Below, one piece after another: positions 15,181 through 21,931 of a stretch of 42,825 nt of DNA. Every line of letters starts with the position of its first letter. The stretch's first letter is position 1. The stretch is from a virus: the IMG/VR virus record IMGVR_UViG_3300045988_031260; one strand, written 5' to 3'. Under the pieces are notes generated by a model. The model did not search any database. It had not been told where the DNA came from and saw nothing but the letters and a program-made list of their open reading frames with translations. Both the position numbers and the translations under genes were made by a program.

Positions 15181-15358
15181 CGACCGCACGTTTATGGGCG
15201 CAATGGCTGACGCGATCGCTGAAAAGCCGACGCGGGAGGGGCTTATTGCGATGCTGCGCGAATACGCGGAGTGGGCCGAGGCGAATATCTATGAAGTTCC
15301 GATTATGCTGCCGGATGACTTGCGGGCGGCGGCGGACATGCTGGAGAAGGGGGAATAA
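15167..15358 (+). CDS. Small hypothetical protein, module B copy
   Basis: Paralog of 10719-10910. Confidence 0.7.
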   Translation: MGLTDDRTFMGAMADAIAEKPTREGLIAMLREYAEWAEANIYEVPIMLPDDLRAAADMLEKGE

Positions 15359-15360
15359 AC

Positions 15361-15720
15361 ATGGATGCGGTGAAGTTTTTGAGCGAAGCGAAGCGGATGT
15401 GCAGCAATGCAGGGCCTTGCAGCACATGCGATGCGAACGAATTTTGCGGCTTTACGCCGGAGTTCCCGAGCGATTTTGGGGCAGTCGATCAAATGCAGAA
15501 GATGGTAAAACTCGTGGAGAAGTGGGCGGAGGAGCATCCGGGCAAGACGAGGCAGAGCGACTTCTTGAAGCAGTGGCCTAACGCCAAAATGAACCCGTTC
15601 ACCGGAACTGTTGACGTCCCGCCTTGCTCTCTTGATAAAAGCCTTTTGGATGAATGTCGTGAGCATGTGAGCAACTGTAACGACTGCCGCCGCAAGTATT
15701 GGCTGAAGGAGGTGGAGTGA
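15361..15720 (+). CDS. Cys-rich hypothetical protein, module B copy
   Basis: Paralog of 10913-11278. Confidence 0.7.
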   Translation: MDAVKFLSEAKRMCSNAGPCSTCDANEFCGFTPEFPSDFGAVDQMQKMVKLVEKWAEEHPGKTRQSDFLKQWPNAKMNPFTGTVDVPPCSLDKSLLDECREHVSNCNDCRRKYWLKEVE

Positions 15721-15968
15721 TGAACGACATCACGAAACAGCCGTATGCGGCATGGCTGGAAGAATCGCTGCAGGTCATCGCGGGGCTTGATCCCGTGTGC
15801 CTGTGCATCGCCGCAACATCGCCCGACGGCGACGTCTTTACGGGGTACTATGGGGCAGACGCAACGGACAAGGCCGTGTTTGCACACCACATCCAGAGCG
15901 ACGTGACGATGGATATTATCCGGGCAAATATCGACGAGATCAAGGGTATGCTGGGGGAGGCGGAATGA
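15720..15968 (+). CDS. Hypothetical protein (82 aa)
   Basis: ATG 15720 overlaps the upstream TGA, GGAGGTGGAG RBS. Confidence 0.6.
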   Translation: MNDITKQPYAAWLEESLQVIAGLDPVCLCIAATSPDGDVFTGYYGADATDKAVFAHHIQSDVTMDIIRANIDEIKGMLGEAE

Positions 15969-16177
15969 TGGATCGGCAGAAGGTTTATCGGCAGGCGCGG
16001 GACGTGGCAAAGGTGGTGCGCTGGAAGTGGAAGGTCTACCGGTATGCAACGGGAGAGATCGATCTGGTGTGCCCGTTTTGCTGCGCGCTGAACGCGCACG
16101 AAGATCTGCGGGAATTTGATCTGCGCGACTGGCATTATTGCCGGAGGTGCGGCACGAGACTGGAGGGAATCGTATGA
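15965..16177 (+). CDS. Zinc-ribbon protein whose first 13 codons match the MazG-like gene of module A
   Basis: MMDRQKVYRQARDV matches MMDRQEVYRQARDV at 11275-11568, then an unrelated CPFC...CRRCG sequence follows. Confidence 0.6.
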   Translation: MMDRQKVYRQARDVAKVVRWKWKVYRYATGEIDLVCPFCCALNAHEDLREFDLRDWHYCRRCGTRLEGIV

Positions 16178-16446
16178 TGGACGAACACATCAAGAGAGCG
16201 GACGCGCTGGAGGCGATCCGCAAGTGGTGCGGGGACTGTGGGAGCGGAATAGAGGCTATTTTAGCTGTTCCCACCGCCGATGTGGCTCCGGTGATGCATG
16301 GGCGGTGGATTGATGATCATGATTATCTCAAATGCCCGGAGTGCGGCGTGATGGTGAAGCGAGACTTTACATTTTTCAATGTTGGGGATTGGAACTATTG
16401 CCCCAACTGTGGGGTGGAAATGGACGGTGACAGCGATGAAAGTTAA
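16174..16446 (+). CDS. Zinc-ribbon hypothetical protein, module B copy
   Basis: Paralog of 11781-12092. Confidence 0.7.
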   Translation: MMDEHIKRADALEAIRKWCGDCGSGIEAILAVPTADVAPVMHGRWIDDHDYLKCPECGVMVKRDFTFFNVGDWNYCPNCGVEMDGDSDES

Positions 16447-16720
16447 CGGGAGACCGCTGCCCAATAACCCGAAACAGGCTTACATACTGGGCAAGTTGCA
16501 CGGCACGCAAGATACTATGGGCAACGTGGCGATGGTGCTGCTTGACAAGTGCGGTTGGCACATCAAAGAGCAGACGGCAGATGTGCACGATACCATGTCG
16601 ATCAGTTATCTGTACGAGTGCATTGTAGCACTTGCGGAAGAGATCAACGATGGCAGGATTAAGCGCAAGGACATAAAACAGGTGCTCGCAGAGGAGCATA
16701 ATGTAGCGTTCGGGGATTAG
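16436..16720 (+). CDS. Hypothetical protein (94 aa), full-length version of 12082-12219
   Basis: MKVNGRPLPNNPKQAY... start overlaps the upstream gene end. Confidence 0.65.
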   Translation: MKVNGRPLPNNPKQAYILGKLHGTQDTMGNVAMVLLDKCGWHIKEQTADVHDTMSISYLYECIVALAEEINDGRIKRKDIKQVLAEEHNVAFGD

Positions 16721-16728
16721 GGGGGTAC

Positions 16729-17190
16729 ATGAGCAAAAAATACACACTTCCTGCAGATGTGCGCCTTGAGTGCATCGCCTATGTCAGAGGCTATCCCCGG
16801 AGGGTAAAGGCATACAACGATGCGCGGAACGAGATTCTATACGGCAGCAAGAGTGCGGACGGTATGCCCCACTCCCCCGGCATTGGTAGGCCAGCAGAGG
16901 GCAAGGCGGAACAGCTTGCGGACATAGAAAACTGGGCGGAAACCAAGAAAATGCGGGCTGTAGAATACGCCATAGACCGCTGCGGGCGGGGTTTGGAGAG
17001 TGAGAGCATCCGTAAACAGCTTACACAGGGGATCATGCGCAACTGTCAGGGCAAGCACAAGTATTCCCGCAATAGGATTATCGTGCCGGGGATAAGCGAG
17101 CGGACATTCAGCCGGAGGAAAGAGCAATTTCTCTATGACATAGCCATATATTGTGGTTTTGCAGAGAAAGTTGGCACAAATTCCACCTAA
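16729..17190 (+). CDS. RinA/ArpU-like late-gene transcriptional regulator (putative)
   Basis: Position just upstream of the packaging module. C-terminal HTH-like GISERTFSRRKEQFLYDIAIYCG. Confidence 0.5.
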   Translation: MSKKYTLPADVRLECIAYVRGYPRRVKAYNDARNEILYGSKSADGMPHSPGIGRPAEGKAEQLADIENWAETKKMRAVEYAIDRCGRGLESESIRKQLTQGIMRNCQGKHKYSRNRIIVPGISERTFSRRKEQFLYDIAIYCGFAEKVGTNST

Positions 17191-17428
17191 TGATGTGCTA
17201 CAATAGGTACAGTGGATGATAAGGAATAGTCATCCACCCGTCTTTCCACTCAACCCGTTTCCTCCATCTTATGCGCCGCCGGTATTGGGCGCACCTTCTG
17301 GCACCGAAAGGTCATACCGGCACAAACAGCCTGTAGGGAAACCTATGGGCTGTTGTCATATGCCGTGCGCTCGTTGCACCCCACGATCAGGGGCGGGAGG
17401 TCGCACCTCCCACACGGCACCTATATAT

Positions 17429-17521
17429 GCAGGTGTAGCTCAGTCGGTAGAGCTTTATCGCACGAAGGGATATGCGATTGAATGCCCTTGGTCGCTGGTT
17501 CGAGTCCAGCCGCCTGCGCCA
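17429..17521 (+). tRNA. tRNA-like element with canonical acceptor, D and T arms and encoded CCA, but a non-canonical 40-nt central region (isotype undetermined)
   Basis: Acceptor GCAGGTG/CGCCTGC, D-arm GCTC-AGTCGGTA-GAGC, T-arm GCTGG-TTCGAGT-CCAGC and GCCA end. The region 17454-17493 does not fold as a 5-bp/7-nt anticodon arm. Confidence 0.6.
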
Positions 17522-17915
17522 AACTCTAAACGGAGTCACCAACGGAGTATAAACAAGTGGGGCAACCGTGGAAACCGGGCATATATGCGGCATAGGCGCC
17601 CCGTAAGGGGAGGACACAGCGAGTGACGGGGACTTTCCCCGAAGCGCTAAAGCAGGGCAGGACTGCAATGCCGCACCAACCACACAAGCGGGCGAGGAAG
17701 CGCGAGAAGTTAAGCGCACACAAGCTGTGGCCACAGCGACGGACAGTTAATCCGCAAAAACAGTGTGCGGCTGACGAAAAGGCGCAGCGCGGTGTGGTGC
17801 CGAAATAACTGTGTAACCCATGTTTGAGAGCTTCCAGAAGGCCGCATGGGAGGGGAAAGACTGTTACTGTAGCCAAGGGGTGGGGGCTGGTGACAAACAA
17901 GGAGGAAAAACGACT

Positions 17916-18362
17916 ATGGAAATCATCAAACCCGGTAAAATCAGGAGAGTAAAACTGAAATGTCCGGAATGCGGGTGTGAATTCGCCTGTTCTCCGGTAG
18001 AAATGGTACGCAGATACGGAACTGTGTTTGCTAAGTGTCCACAGGAGGGATGTGGCAAAAGCGTGGAAGTGCCAAACGGAATCCCCGAGTACATCGAGCC
18101 TGCAAACCATACTGCCATTGGAACGATCACTGTGGTGCTGTCAGGGGCAACCGTTACAGAAGAGCCTGTAGGCGATGAGCGGTATATCACAAGGGTGACG
18201 AATGTATCGAAGGAAGCTGCAGAGCATATCAAAGCACTGGGCGCAGATACCAGCATCTCCCTGATGATTGATGGCAAATACCCGGAGCGCTTCTACATGG
18301 GAAATACCGGGATGCTTATCGCCTACGAGGCCCACGATGGAAAACTCTACGAACAGGAGTGA
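17916..18362 (+). CDS. Zinc-ribbon hypothetical protein (148 aa)
   Basis: AAGGAGGAAAAA RBS. CPECG...CPQEGCG. Confidence 0.7.
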   Translation: MEIIKPGKIRRVKLKCPECGCEFACSPVEMVRRYGTVFAKCPQEGCGKSVEVPNGIPEYIEPANHTAIGTITVVLSGATVTEEPVGDERYITRVTNVSKEAAEHIKALGADTSISLMIDGKYPERFYMGNTGMLIAYEAHDGKLYEQE

Positions 18363-18368
18363 TACATA

Positions 18369-18938
18369 ATGGCTACAGAGAAACCTACCGCCATCGCAAA
18401 AACAAAGGATAACCGACCGGAGACCGGCAGAGGCGGCAAAAGAAACTTCCCTTCCAGCCTCCCTGACCTCAGCAGCGATGAAGATAGAGCACTTGTATCT
18501 CAACTCCTTACAGAGGTACTTGTAGAGTATAAACAACCAAAGGTAAAGAGTGACGAAGAACTCAAGGAGAGAATAAACGACTATTACGCACGCTGCGCAC
18601 AGACAGGCCAGACCCCTACAGTAGAGGAACTATTCCTGTCTACCGGCTACGCAATTAGCACGGTTAAGGACTGGGAATACGGGAGACGCAAGGGATTTAG
18701 CCCCGAAACAGCGGCCATAATTAAAAAAGCCAAGGGTTTTATGCAGACTTTTGACGCAAAACTTGTGGTTTCCGGGAAGCTGAATTTCCTTGCATATTGC
18801 TTCCGTGCCAAGAACTATTACGGCATGGTAGACAAGCAGGAGATGGTTTTGACCCCGAACCAGCCGCAGATTGAGGGCTTGACCCCTGAACAGCTCCAGC
18901 AGAAGTACATTGCAGCCAGCGACTTTGATGTAAAATGA
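18369..18938 (+). CDS. terS: Terminase small subunit
   Basis: INDYYARCAQTGQTPTVEELFLSTGYAISTVKDWEYG...FRAKNYYGMVDKQE resembles gp3-type small terminases. Sits at the head of the late region. Confidence 0.75.
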   Translation: MATEKPTAIAKTKDNRPETGRGGKRNFPSSLPDLSSDEDRALVSQLLTEVLVEYKQPKVKSDEELKERINDYYARCAQTGQTPTVEELFLSTGYAISTVKDWEYGRRKGFSPETAAIIKKAKGFMQTFDAKLVVSGKLNFLAYCFRAKNYYGMVDKQEMVLTPNQPQIEGLTPEQLQQKYIAASDFDVK

Positions 18939-19150
18939 GCCGAAACCGAGCGACTTTTACACGACTTTCCGTCAATTCTGGGAAAGTAGGCAAGTGAAAC
19001 CCCGCGTTTATACACGGAATTTTGTAAACGACTATGATTTTGGGGTAAAATGAGCGACTTTGGCGCAGACGCTTGCGACTTTCACAGCGACTATGCCAGC
19101 GACTTTTGCGACTTCCCCGGCGACTCTGGTAGCGACTTTGGCAGCGAGGT
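18918..19150 (+). repeat. Iteron array of at least 9 GCGACT(T/A/C)(T/A/C) copies, mostly at 12-bp spacing
   Basis: GCGACT starts at 18919, 18950, 19054, 19075, 19087, 19099, 19108, 19120 and 19132, plus ACGACT at 18961 and 19028. The first copy lies in the last codons of terS. Confidence 0.85.
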
Positions 19151-19428
19151 ACGCCACCCCCGGAATCCCTGGCCAGCATGGAGGGGTCCACACCACCAGC
19201 CACCGAGACCGCGCCACCGAGCAGGGGCCAGCCACCGACAAGGCCACAGGGGCAAAAGGGCGGCGGCAAGCTGGCAGCGCAAGCGGCAAGCCACGGCGCA
19301 CGGGGCAACGCCACGCCATACGCCAACAAACAAGGCGCACAGCGCGCGCAGAGCGGTAGCAATATAGGGACAGCGCCCAGAGTTAAAGCGCCTTATAGGT
19401 GCGTTAAAATAGCAAATAAGGCATACAG

Positions 19429-19455
19429 AAAAAAGCCCCCGGAATACACCGGGAG
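19429..19455 (-). terminator. Intrinsic terminator of the leftward island operon
   Basis: The minus strand reads CTCCCGG-TGTATT-CCGGGGG followed by CTTTTTT. Confidence 0.8.
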
Positions 19456-19456
19456 C

Positions 19457-19491
19457 AAAGGGAAACCCCGCACAGCTTGCGCCATGCGGGG
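19457..19491 (-). terminator. Upstream tandem hairpin, a weaker terminator
   Basis: 7-bp stem CCCCGCA/TGCGGGG (19466-19472/19485-19491) followed on the minus strand by TTTCCCTTTG. Confidence 0.45.
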
Positions 19492-19579
19492 CGGTGGTCA
19501 TTTCTGGAGTTTTGCCAGATCGAAAAGTAAAAGAATAGGCTGCAACAGAATATACAACAGAATCAAGGGCGGCACCTCC

Positions 19580-19849
19580 TTACAGCTCCGTGACAAAGAC
19601 GCACATATCTTCATCACGGACAAACTCGCCTGACTCGGCATCATACGTACAGCATGCGCCCTCCTCGTCTGCGCTGTTCGCCGCGTCGATGCAATAGTCA
19701 ACATTGTCTACGGTATATGTGTCCGTATCCTCGTTGTAGGGTAGCGCCCCGGCGGTAAAGTAGTCGTTGCTCCAGTCCGGATCGTAACCGCTGCCGTTCC
19801 AGCGCTGTATCCTGATTTCCACCGTTTTCTTGCCGTCTGTAATTTTCAT
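19580..19849 (-). CDS. Small acidic hypothetical protein (89 aa), island operon gene 4
   Basis: ATG 19849 after AGGGGGA. MKITDGKKTVEIRIQRWNGSGYDPDWSNDYF... Confidence 0.7.
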   Translation of the reverse strand: MKITDGKKTVEIRIQRWNGSGYDPDWSNDYFTAGALPYNEDTDTYTVDNVDYCIDAANSADEEGACCTYDAESGEFVRDEDMCVFVTEL

Positions 19850-19895
19850 TTTTTTGTCCCCCTTTTTTTGATTGTACCACATCCGCCGGAGCGGG

Positions 19896-20162
19896 TCAAG
19901 CGAAAGTAAACCGGCGGGCGGTTGTCGTTTTTGTGTATCGGGCTGCGATCTCTGGCAGTTCCTTTTTCAGGGCGGTTGTGTCCACCCTGGAGGATGTAAC
20001 CGCCTTATAAGTGGCTTTGTGTTCTGACCCCGCCAGGGATTCAACCCCGGCGGCGGTCATGCGCTCTTTAAGCTGGTCTTTGAGGCTTTCCACCATTGCG
20101 GCGGCCTCCTCCTGCATGCGGATATACTGGGCCAGTTCGGCCATGATGGTATCAATGTTCAT
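19896..20162 (-). CDS. Small hypothetical protein (88 aa), island operon gene 3
   Basis: GGGGGA RBS, helical N-terminus, basic C-terminus. Confidence 0.7.
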   Translation of the reverse strand: MNIDTIMAELAQYIRMQEEAAAMVESLKDQLKERMTAAGVESLAGSEHKATYKAVTSSRVDTTALKKELPEIAARYTKTTTARRFTFA

Positions 20163-20174
20163 TGTAAATCCCCC

Positions 20175-20402
20175 TTAAAATATGCGGAAAAGATTGCTAT
20201 TCCGCGCGGTGATGGCGTAATATTCGCCCGTTTCGGTGTTCTGGATAAGTCCGCCGTTAATGCCGTATGTGCCGGAGCTGTAGCCGACCTTCTCGCCGTG
20301 CTTCCATTGCTCCATAACTTCGGCGGTGCTTGCGTTGGTCAAATCGTGCGCCATGCCGGAGCGGACAAGGCTTTTCAGCTCGGAAAGTTTGTATTTTCTC
20401 AT
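20175..20402 (-). CDS. Small hypothetical protein (75 aa), island operon gene 2
   Basis: Start overlaps the gene 1 stop (ATGA). Confidence 0.7.
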   Translation of the reverse strand: MRKYKLSELKSLVRSGMAHDLTNASTAEVMEQWKHGEKVGYSSGTYGINGGLIQNTETGEYYAITARNSNLFRIF

Positions 20403-20818
20403 GCCTGCACCTCCTGCCGGGCGGCCCGGATCGCCGAATACACGCGGCGGAAAGCCTGACGCAGCGCCCGGGCTTGCACATCAAGCCATTCTTCTTGGCT
20501 GTTCGGCCTGCGCTCCCCGTTGCGGGTCTTTTTGAGTTCGGAGGGGGTGCAGAGGGCGGCGGCGATGTCCCCATCATACACAAGGGCCGAGCCGCCCCAG
20601 CTGTATTGCTCCCAGTCCTGCGCACCGTTTAGGGCTGCGGCCTCGGCGGTAGTCCATGTTGCGAGATCGTCGGCGGAGATATAACCGTCTTTGTAGTATT
20701 CCGTGATCTGCTGCAGCATATCCACGGCATAGGCTGTAACGCCCCGGCTCCATGCGCTGCGGTCCTTGCGCTGTTCCAGTGTCTGCGCTACCTTTGCAAG
20801 TATTGTTGTATAATCCAT
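20399..20818 (-). CDS. Hypothetical protein (139 aa), island operon gene 1
   Basis: GGGAGG RBS 7 nt upstream of ATG 20818. Confidence 0.75.
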   Translation of the reverse strand: MDYTTILAKVAQTLEQRKDRSAWSRGVTAYAVDMLQQITEYYKDGYISADDLATWTTAEAAALNGAQDWEQYSWGGSALVYDGDIAAALCTPSELKKTRNGERRPNSQEEWLDVQARALRQAFRRVYSAIRAARQEVQA

Positions 20819-20850
20819 TGTATTACCTCCCGGACTTATGGCCTAATCTC

Positions 20851-20879
20851 TTGCCAACGGCTGCCGGATGTGGTATACT
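20851..20879 (+). promoter_or_regulatory. Strong sigma-70-type promoter firing rightward
   Basis: TTGCCA, a 17-nt spacer ending TGg, then TATACT (extended -10). Confidence 0.6.
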
Positions 20880-20965
20880 CTCCGTGCTGGCCTGTTGGCT
20901 GGTGTGGGGGCGTTCCCGGGTTGCATTGGCTGGCTACCGGGTGCGCCCTCGTCCTATATGCTGAT

Positions 20966-20994
20966 ATTATACTGCCCAATAGCGTATACGTCAA
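20966..20994 (-). promoter_or_regulatory. Near-consensus sigma-70-type promoter firing leftward into the 4-gene operon
   Basis: The minus strand reads TTGACG (20994-20989), a 17-nt spacer, then TATAAT (20971-20966). Confidence 0.7.
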
Positions 20995-21001
20995 TATCTT
21001 T

Positions 21002-21018
21002 TGGGCAAATAATGCCCA
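21002..21018. promoter_or_regulatory. Perfect dyad TGGGCA-N5-TGCCCA, with more half-sites nearby
   Basis: Further TGCCCA copies at 20973-20978 (inside the leftward promoter spacer) and 21059-21064, and TGGGCA at 21251-21256. Confidence 0.5.
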
Positions 21019-21265
21019 TATAAGATATACAATAATGTTATTGTGACATTGTGCATTATGCCCATTGCGGTATACCTGTGTGGGACAAGTGGGGCAAGCT
21101 TCTGCGGCTCTCGATCTCCGGCGGGAATGACCGGGGGCGGGGGATATGCGGCGTCAGCCGGGGGCGGGGTAAGCCCCAAAAATCCCGCAAAAAATAAAAA
21201 GCCATTTTTGCCCCATGTTGTAAAATCCGGCAAAAACAAAAGGACTATTTTGGGCATAAAACATA

Positions 21266-21294
21266 TTGACACAAATTATGCTGTGTGCTACACT
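21266..21294 (+). promoter_or_regulatory. Promoter of the serine recombinase gene
   Basis: TTGACA, a 17-nt spacer ending TGc, then TACACT. Confidence 0.6.
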
Positions 21295-21327
21295 ACCCTT
21301 ACAAGATGCAGGAAGGGAGCGATGCAC

Positions 21328-21915
21328 ATGAAAGTCGGATATATCCGGGTGTCCACGGAGGAGCAGAACACAATCCGCCAAGAGGTAATTATGCAAGACC
21401 TTGGAGTTGAGCGTGTCTACATTGACAAGGCCAGCGGGAAAAGCCGTACAGGCAGGCCGCAGCTGGAGGCAATGATGGATTTCGTCCGAGAGGGCGATGT
21501 GGTCATTGTTGAGAGCATCAGCCGGTTTGCGAGAAGCACGAGGGACTTGTTGACGCTGGTAGAACAGCTTACAGACAAAGGTGTGGGTTTTGTATCGCAG
21601 AAGGAATCCATTGACACGAACACGCCACAGGGCAAGTTCATGCTTACGGTGTTTGGCGCAATGGCGGAGCTGGAACGGGAGCAGACCTTACAGCGGCAGA
21701 GAGAAGGAATTGCGGCTGCAAAAGCGGCTGGGAAGTACAAAGGCCGTCAGCCGATAGCAATCAGCGATGATCTGCTTAAAACGGTGCATGAGCAGTGGTA
21801 CAAGAACGAAATTACCACGGCCTATGCGGTTAAGCGGCTGGGTGTAAGCCGGAACACCTTTTACCGCCGGATGTGGGACTACGAGGATTCCGCAGGGATT
21901 CCGAGACGGCGCTGA
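21328..21915 (+). CDS. Small serine recombinase (resolvase/invertase family) with C-terminal HTH
   Basis: MKVGYIRVSTEEQ catalytic-serine motif, VIVESISRFARS, FGAMAELEREQ and C-terminal AVKRLGVSRNTFYRR. Confidence 0.92.
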   Translation: MKVGYIRVSTEEQNTIRQEVIMQDLGVERVYIDKASGKSRTGRPQLEAMMDFVREGDVVIVESISRFARSTRDLLTLVEQLTDKGVGFVSQKESIDTNTPQGKFMLTVFGAMAELEREQTLQRQREGIAAAKAAGKYKGRQPIAISDDLLKTVHEQWYKNEITTAYAVKRLGVSRNTFYRRMWDYEDSAGIPRRR

Positions 21916-21931
21916 GAGGGGGAAAATAGGA

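Noticed and set aside
17216-17808. ORFs 17216-17626 (+), 17387-17734 (-), 17526-18110 (-) and 17623-17808 (+).
   Set aside because: They cross the tRNA-like element or GC-rich hairpins, lack an RBS and give Pro/Arg-rich junk translations.
18918-19150. Possible CRISPR array.
   Set aside because: The repeat unit is only 6-9 bp with a 12-bp period. There are no 25-40 bp spacers and no cas genes.
19050-19367. A 105-aa ORF beginning MSDFGADACDFHSDYASDFCDFPGDSGSDFGSE, the iteron array read as a peptide repeat.
   Set aside because: It has only a weak RBS, and its C-terminal two-thirds is an Arg/Pro/His-rich tract. Three other frames are equally open over the same DNA. The DNA-level 12-bp iteron reading is more economical, although proteomics could overturn this.
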